Part shown: positions 51,020-64,000 of the stretch, one piece after another
Numbering within the stretch: position 1 is the first letter of the stretch
Layout: each line of letters opens with the position of its first letter
From: Octopus bimaculoides
Lineage: Eukaryota
NCBI RefSeq assembly: GCF_001194135.2
Contig: NC_069000.1
Location: forward strand, 13,074,488 to 13,138,487
Length of the DNA stretch: 64,000 nt
Direction of reading: 5' to 3'
Notes under the pieces: generated by a model
Database searches by the model: none
Seen by the model: only the letters and a program-made list of their open reading frames with translations
What the model was told of the DNA's origin: nothing
Translations under genes and position numbers: made by a program

Positions 51020-51236
51020 ATTTCAAATTTTGGCTCAAGGCCAGCAAATATGGAGAAGCGGTTAAATCGATTACATCCATCTCAGTATTCAACTGGTTCT
51101 TATTTTATCGACCTCGAACGAATGAAAAACTAAGTCGATCTCGGCGGAATTTGAACTCAGAACGTAAAGACGGGCGGATTGCCGCTAAGCAATTTACCGA
51201 CGACGAGCTACCGATTCAGCAAGCCCACCGCCCTAC
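51020..51236 (-). mobile_element. SINE family A
   Basis: Reverse-complement match through B-box and central domain; diverged head. Confidence 0.8.
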
Positions 51237-51239
51237 TTC

Positions 51240-51352
<113 letters not shown>

Positions 51353-53090
51353 NNNNNNNNNNNNNNNNNNNNNNNNNNNNNNNNNNNNNNNNNNNNNNNN
51401 NNNNNNNNNNNNNNNNNNNNNNNNNNNNNNNNNNNNNNNNNNNNNNNNNNNNNNNNNNNNNNNNNNNNNNNNNNNNNNNNNNNNNNNNNNNNNNNNNNNN
51501 NNNNNNNNNNNNNNNNNNNNNNNNNNNNNNNNNNNNNNNNNNNNNNNNNNNNNNNNNNNNNNNNNNNNNNNNNNNNNNNNNNNNNNNNNNNNNNNNNNNN
51601 NNNNNNNNNNNNNNNNNNNNNNNNNNNNNNNNNNNNNNNNNNNNNNNNNNNNNNNNNNNNNNNNNNNNNNNNNNNNNNNNNNNNNNNNNNNNNNNNNNNN
51701 NNNNNNNNNNNNNNNNNNNNNNNNNNNNNNNNNNNNNNNNNNNNNNNNNNNNNNNNNNNNNNNNNNNNNNNNNNNNNNNNNNNNNNNNNNNNNNNNNNNN
51801 NNNNNNNNNNNNNNNNNNNNNNNNNNNNNNNNNNNNNNNNNNNNNNNNNNNNNNNNNNNNNNNNNNNNNNNNNNNNNNNNNNNNNNNNNNNNNNNNNNNN
51901 NNAGTTACCCCCCACCCCAGGCCAGCTACCCCCTCCCCGCACACACTATATTTAACCCAATTATGTGAAATAATAATAGGAAGATCAGCCATTACGCTAT
52001 TCTAAAAAAGAAAATATGGCGCAAGATTGGATTTTGTTTTGCTTGAATGATTGGAGTAGACAGCAGTCAGTCAATTTAATCTGTTTCGCACTGATGGGTC
52101 AATTCCCTTCTCTGAAGACACTGTTATTCACCGTTGGCAAAATGATCTAATCCATACACATCCTCTAATCTCGGTTTAATCCTTCTGTAAAATAGGTATG
52201 ATACGTGAGCTTGTCAAAGCTTTCTCTATAACATATTTATTGTCTTTCAGCAACTCTTCGTTGAGTTTCTCAATTATAGTTCCTTTCCACCACCTCTCTC
52301 AATCCATTTACTATTCTTCTTTATCTACTCGATCTGTCGGTTTCTCTTTCTCACCCATATATTTTAGCTATCCTTTTCCTTATCTATTACATTTCGATTA
52401 TCATCTCTTTGTCTGTGATACAAACAAACATTCCTACTCTTTTTCGTCTAATCTCTTAATTTCTCTTTCTCCAGTTTCACTCCCTGTTTAACACTTACAT
52501 TTATCTCTCTGGACATCTCACTTAACTTTGAACTTCACTTTCCTTATATTATTTTATCAACATATCGTCCTGTCTTTCTATTTTACTGCCCGTCACTCTT
52601 TTACTTTTCAGCCCGCATTCGCTCCTTACAATTTCTTCTCCATCATTTTCATCACCACCATTTGGTTACTCTATCCCCCAACTCTATTTACTTTTCCACG
52701 CTTTCTCCATTCAGAAGTGACATTATTATAAAGACAGTAATATATTTAAAAAGAGCGACTGGAAAAAAATTTGATTATCTACTCTGATTCCTTCCTAGCC
52801 AGCTTCTCGTTGTGTGTCCATCTCTCAACCCTTACCAACTTATCTAAATATATTCACCATTTTCTTCATACCCACTTCTTATGTCGCAAGTGTTTCATCT
52901 CAGCGACGTTCTCTTCCTCCTCTTATCTTTTACCATAATATTGACTTCTCTTTAATACCCTTCATTTCTTCAACGGACTCGCTGCTTCCATTTCTTCTTC
53001 GACCTACTTCATTTTCTGCTTGTCTTCTTGAACACATCAACAGCATGTTTTAGAAGTCTTTCAACAAAGGCCCTCCCAGATCACCACGAT

Positions 53091-53124
<34 letters not shown>

Positions 53125-53269
53125 GCTACTACTACTACTACTACTACTTGATTGTGATAAAATTACGAGGAAGCATGAGTAATAAAGGTGATTTTAAACA
53201 TTCTTGCTATATTACATCATTAAATATTTATTAAGGTTAACGACTTCTCCATTTCCCTTTTGACAGAGC

Positions 53270-53346
53270 TATCTATCTATCTATCTATCCATCCATCCAT
53301 CCATCCATCCATCCATCCATCCATCCATCCATCCATCCATCCATCC

Positions 53347-53384
<38 letters not shown>

Positions 53385-53395
53385 ATATATATATA
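53270..53395. repeat. (ATCT)n-(ATCC)n-(ATCT)n tetranucleotide array
   Basis: Seen directly. Confidence 0.95.
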
Positions 53396-54328
53396 NNNNN
53401 NNNNNNNNNNNNNNNNNNNNNNNNNNNNNNNNNNNNNNNNNNNNNNNNNNNNNNNNNNNNNNNNNNNNNNNNNNNNNNNNNNNNNNNNNNNNNNNNNNNN
53501 NNNNNNNNNNNNNNNNNNNNNNNNNNNNNNNNNNNNNNNNNNNNNNNNNNNNNNNNNNNNNNNNNNNNNNNNNNNNNNNNNNNNNNNNNNNNNNNNNNNN
53601 NNNNNNNNNNNNNNNNNNNNNNNNNNNNNNNNNNNNNNNNNNNNNNNNNNNNNNNNNNTGAAAATATTAGATATTAGCATCGACACACTCACATACATAC
53701 ACAGACATATATGAACACACTCGAAGGATCTCAAAAACACATCGACACAGCAGTTTTCGAGCGTTACTTCCTGTATTCTGATCCTATTTTGCTTACCCCC
53801 TACCAACCTGGTTCACAAAATCTTTTATCGTTTTTACAAGAATCATTGTGTAAGAGTTTACAGACGACGATAAATACTCCAACACTGATTTGAAGACAAG
53901 AAACTATGTGCGGGATTTCCCTATGAAGCTTTGTCACGAAAATGGTAAACAATAGCCTGAACCAACCATGAAAACAAATACACTACAGAAAATTTTTATT
54001 ACCGGAAGTAACTTGTAGTTGCCTGTCACTGTCTAACTAATCATATCTCAGAAAAATTTCAATATAGCACAATTTACACAATATTTTTATATTTTTTACA
54101 TACCAGATATTTTACAGCAATGTCTGAGAATACGATTTATTTCTTATTTGAATAATTTACTTTCCTAGTATTTTATTGTATCGTAATCAACTGCAATATA
54201 TATTAAGTCTAACTTGTCACTGCACAGCAGTGATAGAGAATTAATTATTTTTTTTTAAGAAAGAACTGGAATTTTTGTGATCTTCTCGTCCGTCTCATGA
54301 GGATGACGCTTGTGTTTTTGACTGATGT

Positions 54329-54363
<35 letters not shown>

Positions 54364-54545
54364 ATACGTGTATATATGTATATTGATGTATATATACATA
54401 TATATTACGTTTTTGGATTTGGTTTGCAAGATTCTTGATGTGAGTTCGTGTGTTGAAGCATATACTGTTGTGTCTGGGAGAATCAATCTCTTTTAGTGCC
54501 TTATAATTTAACACACTCACCGGTAAAATTTCCACTTATTTCCTA

Positions 54546-54611
<66 letters not shown>

Positions 54612-54631
54612 CGCGCGCACACACACACACG

Positions 54632-54663
<32 letters not shown>

Positions 54664-55172
54664 TACACACATGTATGTAGGCATATGTGTGTGTGCCTTT
54701 GTATGTATGTATGCACGTACGTATGCATGTATGTATTATGTATGTAAACCCGACTCTTTAAGGATTTTTTTGGTACAACAACACAATGTATAGATACATA
54801 CCTTCAGCTTCCCTCGTATAGAGAAGTCTACATTTTCTTGATATCATTCACAGTGCGTGTACAAGTGTGTGTACGTGTGTGTGTGTGTATGCATAATTCA
54901 ATATTTATGAATACTTACACATACATATATGAGTGCATCTACACACATAAGTAAAAGTGCGTAACTACTCTATCCTAGTACATATTTATCTATATTTAAA
55001 CATATACGTGAAATATATGCATAACGAGTTTACGTGTATGTTTACACACGCACATGCACACACACGTGAGCACACACGTATATGCACACTAAGACTTATG
55101 TATGCATGTATACGTTGTTTTTCACATAAATGTTTACCGTTATATATATGTACATATGTATATATACATACA

Positions 55173-55208
<36 letters not shown>

Positions 55209-57138
55209 CGAGCGCACATATATATAAATATATATGTACGCGCGCGCATACACACTCACACACAAACATATAATATACATGACAGAATGTAACTTCACCC
55301 GAAGTCCTGGATGATATAAGATAGTAATCAGTATCTTGTCATATCGTATTAAACAATATCACGAATGATTATACTATTGATTCTAATGAGATAATGTAAG
55401 TAATATAAACTAGCTGTTTCCTTATAACAAAACAATAATATTGTACTCGCTCATCAGAAGGTCGTTGAAAAATATCAATTACATCCATCTTGAATATTTG
55501 AATATATACCATTTCTCTTTATTGACTGAATTTCAACAAAACCTGACCTGACACGACACGACCTATTGATCGAAGTAGTCCTTATATTGGGTATTCTACC
55601 GAAGAAAATAATTACCTTGCTTAGAATGCTAAGAAATTGTAGTTTTGTTACCGTCTAGAGAATAGAATGGAGTTATTAGTTATATACACTGCAAATATTC
55701 TCGACATTGTAAACTCTTTCCAATATAAAACAGCAAGTAAAACCCTTATAGCATCTATGCATCACGTTTTGGAAGCGTAATATATTGATGTAATAGACGC
55801 AGTAGATAAATAAGTCGAAAGACTTTTGTATCAGACCAAGGATGAAGGTTATATGTATACAGTAGTTAAGCTGTCCCTCTCTATGGTCAATCTATTTCGC
55901 ACACAACGCCTTAGTCCACCTAAGTGATTGTAATTATCTTCAAGTTGTATATTTCATATCGTGAAAGGACGGCAGCACCGTAAAGCATTTTACTAGTTAA
56001 AGACACCTCTTTTCAGTTTTTGCGTTGCCAAGCAAAACGACGCATTGTTTGAATCCTCAACTCACAACGCACTTAATCTACCGTTCATCTTATACTAGGA
56101 AATTTTTCAAAAGATGCTCTGTGTAGGAAGTATGCTTGGTTAAGTGTATACGTTTAATCACGATCTAACGTAGTGCACATAAACGAAACTAACTCTAATT
56201 CAATGGAAACTAAACTCAAAGTGAAAAGGAACACTCATTAGTGTTAACAGTAATTTTAAAAAGATGGGCAGGGGAGAGAATTCCGAACTCTAAATTGGTT
56301 AAGCATTGACTTGTGACATGTAGAATCATGTAGTGGGGTTGGTTGTTCGGCTAGTACCTTAAAAACGCTTGATAAGCTTCGGTCTTATTTGTTGTGATGC
56401 TTCCTTGTTCTTAGATTAGTGTACAGTTGCTGCTGTACTAGAAACGCGAGCACGATAAACTTATGAACGCAAAAGCAACGGCAAAACAGGTGGATACCTG
56501 ACTGGAATGCAGGAAATTCAATGTGAATGAGAATTAATAATTACACAACTCCGTCGTATAATCCTTTGTTCATTTGTGTTACAGGCATTATTGAATATTC
56601 CGGACAGGTTAATTTGATATGCGTCAGTTGACCAGTCTAAAGGGAATGCACAACAAGCCTTCAGGAAATATTCCTGGGCATCATGCTCCCTTGGATAAGG
56701 CAAAAGTTAGGAAGTTTTAATAAATGGTTCATGTCTAAAATCATTAGTAATCCTTTATTAACTGAATATAATTATTTTGTGAATTATATTCACAGACTTG
56801 TTCTCATCTCTTAAGTAATGTAATGACAGTATTGTCGTAATGATAGCATCAATGAAACTATGAGATATTCTATGTAGTGATTGTAATTTCAATATAATGA
56901 TAATGAATTCATTGTAATACTATCATTGTGTCATTAGAACGAAAGGAAATAAGCAATGGAACATCCAGAATAAAAGAATCACCGACATATTGTTAGATAT
57001 GAGATGACTGTTATGTATTCATTTTGCGTTTCATTCGTTAATGAACAGTGCTTGGTTGATCTTCGATTAACTCTTTGGGAGAACTTGATGCCACCAGGGG
57101 CACGTAGAAAATGTGATAATCGAGAGAGAACGAACGAA

Positions 57139-57192
<54 letters not shown>

Positions 57193-57616
57193 ATTCCATT
57201 CAAATGTTTAACTGGTACTTTATGTGTTGATCAGGTGAAGGTTAAAAGTTAAAAGCTGAAACAAATAGGATTTAAAAGGAGAGCAGAGAATTCCAGAAAC
57301 ACTACTGCAAAGTATTCTGGGCGATGCTCTCACGATTCGCTCGACTTGCCGTATGTGTGTCTGTCTGCATCAGAATGTGTATGCGAACGTGTGCACATAT
57401 TTGTGAGCGTAGAGGCGCTCTTGTTGTGCGTTTTAATGAAATGAAGCATTAATGTATTTAGTCGATGTAGGATATTTAGCTTGGTGTGTGTCTGTGTGTA
57501 TATATATATATGTGTGTATAATAAGTGATTCTTCAGCATCGCCGCAGTCATATGACTGAAACAAATAAAAGAATATATATATATATATACATATATATGT
57601 AGATATGTATATACAC

Positions 57617-57864
57617 CGTTGCTATTATGTTAAACCGTCGTATGTCCAAATTTGGCCAAATGCATTTTTTTTTCAATATTTATTTTTCTTTGCAATAGCC
57701 GGTTCTTTTAGTGAAACTATCGTATCTCCAGCTGCTTCAGATGCCAAGATATCAAAAATTGTCAAAGTGTAGTACAATGGTTTTGCTATGGAATGGTGAA
57801 ACTATTTTTCGTTTTCTGAAAAGGCAACGTTTTGGACTTACGGCACTTTTGCATAATAGCAACG
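57617..57864. mobile_element. MITE with about 35-bp imperfect TIRs (cgttgctattatg...cataatagcaacg)
   Basis: The terminal 13 bp are perfectly inverted, with further matches to about 35 bp. It is non-coding, and a related copy lies at 29581-29868. Confidence 0.7.
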
Positions 57865-59634
57865 NNNNNNNNNNNNNNNNNNNNNNNNNNNNNNNNNNNN
57901 NNNNNNNNNNNNNNNNNNNNNNNNNNNNNNNNNNNNNNNNNNNNNNNNNNNNNNNNNNNNNNNNNNNNNNNNNNNNNNNNNNNNNNNNNNNNNNNNNNNN
58001 NNNNNNNNNNNNNNNNNNNNNNNNNNNNNNNNNNNNNNNNNNNNNNNNNNNNNNNNNNNNNNNNNNNNNNNNNNNNNNNNNNNNNNNNNNNNNNNNNNNN
58101 NNNNNNNNNNNNNNNNNNNNNNNNNNNNNNNNNNNNNNNNNNNNNNNNNNNNNNNNNNNNNNNNNNNNNNNNNNNNNNNNNNNNNNNNNNNNNNNNNNNN
58201 NNNNNNNNNNNNNNNNNNNNNNNNNNNNNNNNNNNNNNNNNNNNNNNNNNNNNNNNNNNNNNNNNNNNNNNNNNNNNNNNNNNNNNNNNNNNNNNNNNNN
58301 NNNNNNNNNNNNNNNNNNNNNNNNNNNNNNNNNNNNNNNNNNNNNNNNNNNNNNNNNNNNNNNNNNNNNNNNNNNNNNNNNNNNNNNNNNNNNNNNNNNN
58401 NNNNNNNNNNNNNNNNNNNNNNNNNNNNNNNNNNNNNNNNNNNNNNNNNNNNNNNNNNNNNNNNNNNNNNNNNNNNNNNNNNNNNNNNNNNNNNNNNNNN
58501 NNNNNNNNNNNNNNNNNNNNNNNNNNNNNNNNNNNNNNNNNNNNNNNNNNNNNNNGTATAATAAGTGATTCTTCAGCATCGCCGCAGTCATATGACTGAA
58601 ACAAATAAAAGAATATATATATATATATACTGTATATAATAAAGTATATAATATATATGCGTGTGTATGCGTTTGTGTGAACGCAATCATGTCTATTAAT
58701 TAAATAATGGAAATGGGTTTTCTACTTTCCTTCTTGATCGGCTTTTTAAACAATAGCAATATTACAAAATTTCGAAACCAATGAATTATACGAAGGGATG
58801 ACATAGGATTAATATGGATTTTCAAAATAGAACTGCATTTTAATTTTATTCTATAAGTAGCACTGATACTAACATCATTAACGTATAAAACTAACTAAAA
58901 ATTTATGTCAAAAATGCAAATCCTGTATATGATCATCAATGTTCTGAAATCTGCACTTAATTCAACTTTTAATTTCGGAATCATATCGGAGTTACATTAT
59001 AAAACATTTCGAAGAAATTATATATTTTTGTTATATGAATATATACTTATATAAATTGGACAAATAGCTTATAAATTGAATTAATACACACTTAATTAAC
59101 TATTTATTCGGCCATGTATACATACATTCTTATATAGATACATAATATATATGTATACATACATATATATATATAAATACATACATATACATATGTATAT
59201 ATACGTATATATTATACATGTATGATAAACTGCGGAACGCACCTACATACATACATACATACATACGCATGTACGCGCGCACGTGTGTGCGTATGTGTGT
59301 GAATGCACACACACACACATATATGTATATGCAGCCATATATATGTGCATGTCTTGAAATAATCGTATTTATATTTACTAATTAATATCAATATATAATA
59401 TATTAGTATCAATATAACTGATATTAATGTATAATCTTGCTTCAAGACATAAAATAAAATTGTACTAATGGTAATAATTTCTCTCTTCAAGGAAACATCT
59501 TACTCAATGTTTTAATTCATAGATTTTCTTATGATACAGATAATTTCTGTCCACCTTATATTGGCCTTACTGCTAAACAATCTAATTAAAAGGTATCACC
59601 AGCATTACCATTCCTTTAGAAATTTGACGAGAAG

Positions 59635-59977
59635 GACGGCTGTCGTGTGGGAAGATGAATGGAGGCATAACGTCACCATCATTAGTGATCACTCCAAACA
59701 CTATGATGTTGGCTAGATGTTTTGATTTTTATCACTCTCGGTACATTTCCTCAGATTGCACTGTTCTCAAATTGAAGCCAACACTCTGAAATGTTCGTAT
59801 TTGGATTTCCGCCGCGAATACCAAGCAATACAGTATGTCGTTTTCATGGTGCTGTTTTTTCACAGACGATACCCAACTGACCCTACTATACTGCTTAGTC
59901 GACAAAATCAACATCCAACAATGCACATGCGTGAACTTAAAAATATAAATTGGTGACAATTTACCCATTGCAGCCTA
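59635..59977 (-). mobile_element. Internally deleted Tc1/mariner fragment: left TIR, HTH N-terminus and central DDE-region piece
   Basis: Minus strand reads KRHTVLLGIRGGNPNTNISEC..NLRTVQ, then KHLANIIVFGVITNDGDVMPPFIFPH. The terminus at 59952-59977 matches the 32670-32695 end at 16/26 positions and abuts TA. Confidence 0.75.
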
Positions 59978-60011
59978 TATATATATATTTATACATCCGT
60001 TTATAGATAAG

Positions 60012-60070
<59 letters not shown>

Positions 60071-61159
60071 TATAGAAGAATAGTTAGACATATAGAGGCT
60101 TTGAGAGAGAGGGAGAGGAGGAAGTGGGGAGAGGGAGAGAGAAAAATTGAAGAGTTGGACAGAACCGTATAATAGTAAATAAAATTTTATTACAAATGTG
60201 TAGACTGAGTAGAAATACAGTATTTACCAAGACAATAGTTAATTAATTATTTGCTAAGTTTTACTAATAAATTACCGACTTACTTATATTGTATACGTTC
60301 AATTGTGAGCGCTTTCGGTTTCATAAATACACCATTGTATGTGTCACCTGAACTGCACTGGCTTGTGCTATATGTCATATAATACAAAGGTGGCCAAAAA
60401 TTCACTAAGTTTGGATTGCTTCAGGAAGTTGCTAAATTAACGGTGGGTGATGCATTTCCACATAAACAATAGTTGCCAAGAAAGACTTCCACAAGGAATC
60501 TAATGTCTGTCTACCGGAAATCTCTTTTCCTATTTCTCGGCTTATTTATGCTATTCGTGTCTAGGGTTACAGCTTGTGGAATGTTAGTGTATTTAGGATT
60601 TACATCCAGGCTGCAGGTGTAGTTACTGCTCGCTTGCGTTTCTTGAGGAAGCTTGTGGAGGAGGTACGAGTATATAAAACGCCAGCTGCTCTCAACACGC
60701 AAGTCTACACGCATAGAAAGGTACAATTAAACATTTATTAAATAATTCGATTATATATACATTATCGACTGAATTTAATTAGCATATTTTGTTACGTTCA
60801 TATAAACACATATTCATACGTATAAAGAAACAGACACTTATAAACATATATATATATTGACATACATATACACACACATATGAAGATGTGTGTATAAACA
60901 TGTGTTCATTGCCTCTGAGGGTGTGTGTGTGGGGGGGGGGGGGTCCGTGTGTTTGTGTGTGTGTGTCTGTGCTCTTATGTGTTTCTATGATTACATGCGC
61001 ATTTGGGAGTAAAAAGAATGCACATATATATTACTTAAATTGAATTAATAAAGTACATGATCGAATTATAAATTCATTGACTGTACTTTTCTGAGTGTAT
61101 ATGTATTTACGTACGACGAGAGACATGTACATATATATATGTGTGTGTATGTGTACGTA

Positions 61160-61199
<40 letters not shown>

Positions 61200-61200
61200 A

Positions 61201-61239
<39 letters not shown>

Positions 61240-61995
61240 AATCTATAAGAGAGAAGGTACTTACTTTCATGTACCTTTAAAAAAAAAGCCTGAGGTGACC
61301 GTGGTCTTTTCCGTAGGCTTTTCTCTCCACGGATAAACCTAATCTGTTCCCCGTTTTTTACATCGACTGTGATACACGATCCCTATTGATCGCCCCCTCC
61401 CACGTTTNNNNNNNNNNNNNNNNNNNNNNNNNNNNNNNNNNNNNNNNNNNNNNNNNNNNNNNNNNNNNNNNNNNNNNNNNNNNNNNNNNNNNNNNNNNNN
61501 NNNNNNNNNNNNNNNNNNNNNNNNNNNNNNNNNNNNNNNNNNNNNNNNNNNNNNNNNNNNNNNNNNNNNNNNNNNNNNNNNNNNNNNNNNNNNNNATATA
61601 TCTGTAATACTATTTAAGTATTAATATATGTGTGAGTATATGTAAGCGTATATGAGTATATCATATATATCTTATTTAAACTGAGTTGATAAGAAATGAA
61701 ACCGAATTATTTATTAATTCATCGATTCTAATGCTCTGCTCCAATGCATATGTATGTATGTGTGTTGTAAGAGAGAGAAAGACAGAAAGAAATAGACATA
61801 GAGAGAGACAACCAGTGAGTAAATATATACACATACGTACTTACATATATACAACTATATATATGTAGAGTGAGAGAGAGAGAGCACACTGACACACACA
61901 AACACACATAAACTTGCTCACACACACATATATATGCATATAGATAGATATATATCAATGGATATGCGTATATAAATACATATATATACACGAAA

Positions 61996-62055
<60 letters not shown>

Positions 62056-63132
62056 ATGTATATATGCATGTATGTATGTATATATAAGTCTGTATCCGTG
62101 TGTTTATGTATGTAAATTATTGTGTATGCATAATTATTTATTTGTGCATATATGAGTGAATGTACATATGTGTGATCATTCCTGTTTTGATATATTTCCA
62201 TATATAATCAAATACACATGAGCGTTTCTCTACGATTACAGGAAAGAGTAAATTGGTGATATTTTATTGAAATGTTAAGAAGAATATTTTCTTAACAATT
62301 TACAGCTTTGAACTTGAAACGATTGAATAAGTCTATTATTTTTCTTTCATTCTTCTCTATGAGTTTAATAAGTTAGTTATGTTTACTCTAAATAGAATCT
62401 ATTATATTAATTTATTTGCATTATACCTTTCATGCCGTTAAATTTTATAGTTGTGTCTTTATGGTTACACTAAGATATATTCAACCTCTCATTTATTGAT
62501 TTTTGTTGTTTATTCATAGTTATTAGAAACACGATTTGTGACTTTAAATAATTCCAAATATATTTAAATTATATATACGGCTTTTTCGCGCTTCCCCTGT
62601 TATGTATTTCACAGTAAAAGTAATTCCAGCTTGACAATGGAGATTTAATCGATTAATAACAGATATTGTTGTGTCCATTAGTTTCAATTTATAAAAGTAA
62701 TGTTTACAATTTCTATACCAATGCCCACAGACTATGAATCAACAAATATAACTAATAATTTAAAAACTTGTATAGGTGCAGGCGTGGCTATGTGCTAACA
62801 AGTTTGCTTCCCAATTACGCTCGCTTTGCATTTACATGGTTTCGAGCCCAGTTATTAAATAAACAAAACATTAGAAACCAGCCATTGGTTATATAGCCGT
62901 TGTCTATGGTTGTCGTTGTTTCATTTTTCGCTTTTTTATTTCTTGTATATTTTGTTTTGCTCTGTTTCACGCTTATTCGTCTACGTATCTTTTTATATCT
63001 CCAGTCTTCCCGGAATCATTTTTTTCTGATTGAATGTTAGTATGTAAATTGCTTTTATTCCGTTTAAAACAGAAATAAATAAATGAATGAATTCATATCA
63101 AGCAACTCATTGATTTTTTTCTCGTTTTGCAG

Positions 63133-63194
63133 CTCAGACGCTACGGGTCCACGTGGTAAAGGGTTCAAATTCATCATTACAGCTATAAATCCAG
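63133..63194 (+). CDS. Internal exon, C-terminal part of a CUB-like domain (x-SDATGPRGKGFKFIITAINP)
   Basis: Strong acceptor (tttttttctcgttttgcAG) and donor (ccag|GTAAAG). The exon is 62 bp, phase 2 to phase 1, and only one of three frames is open. The peptide fits the SD-x(n)-GF-x4-TA end of CUB domains (family assignment from recalled pattern, not a search). Confidence 0.65.
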
Positions 63195-63691
63195 GTAAAG
63201 AAACTTAATTCATTAGCTTTTGAAATGAAATCTTTGTGTTTAATATCTCTTGCATTATAAATCATATTTTACGAAAGAGAATCATTGAATAAAAATACAA
63301 TAGGATGGGAACATTCTTTCTGCCGGCAATGTCTGTAGACTCTGTTTAACAATGAGTTTGCAATCTGGTATTCTTATTGGAAATCCCCACAATTAAAAAC
63401 AGATACATTAATTGTCTGACAGTTAAAACAATGAGACAATGTAATGAAGTTCATGAATGGCTGGCCTCAATCTCTGCGGATAACCAGGCTATTCTGAAAT
63501 GAAATAAAAACATAGAATAACAGGAAATATAAACAAGTGCAGAATTTAAGTTCAAAGTGCAAAAGCAACAATGCAATAGCGCCATGGTGCCAATAGTTAA
63601 AAAGAAAACAAAAACATCATAGAAACACGCAATGACAACCAATGAAAACAAAATATGATGATATACATGTGCATGCGTGTTTGTGTGTGTG

Positions 63692-63752
<61 letters not shown>

Positions 63753-64000
63753 CTATCAAAGCTTTGGGAAATCATATTTGATACAGTCACCATGTTGAAA
63801 GAAAGATTCTATTAAAAGTTATTGTTATATTAAAATCTTTTTGTCTTTTTTTAAAGTTGAATGACACGAAAGTCCTCAAAACGAGTTTTCTTATTCTTTG
63901 ACGATTTTATTCTTCACCTTGTCAAGCACTCATCTTATTAGCTTCGTACCACTGTGTTTCTTCATAATACATATTTCGAATACGCTTTTTACTCTTTTAC

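Noticed and set aside
52060-52180. FRTDGS motif resembling the CUB FxSDxS
   Set aside because: No acceptor, no following GF motif and an in-frame stop.
53864-53944. 81-bp phase 1-1 open exon candidate (DDKYSNTDLKTRNYVRDFPMKLCHEN)
   Set aside because: Poor polypyrimidine tract, no recognisable homology and phases that do not fit neighbouring candidates.

Overview
AT-rich, microsatellite-dense animal genomic DNA from a draft scaffold, with 17 N-gaps totalling about 6.3 kb, most flanked by simple repeats. The repeat families match, from memory, those of octopus genomes (inference; no database search was run). No long ORF is credible: the ORF track is dominated by translated microsatellites and reads through gaps. 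Most of the window looks intronic or intergenic. It holds about 20 copies of a tRNA-derived SINE (family A), several CORE-type composite SINE copies (family B), a decayed CR1-like LINE 3' half, two Tc1/mariner transposase fragments, an RLE-type (R4-like) non-LTR remnant, a C2H2-finger remnant, MITE/foldback elements and a short (CATA)n-associated element. One plus-strand exon with good splice signals (63133-63194) encodes a peptide resembling the end of a CUB domain. A weaker exon candidate (7784-7866) resembles a CUB start, which would imply a gene with very large introns. I found no complete, clearly novel multi-gene system. The best observations are a TSD-flanked SINE dimer whose junction recurs at a second locus, a LINE/SINE shared 3' end, a possibly microsatellite-targeting short element, long hairpins and unassigned exon-like islands.
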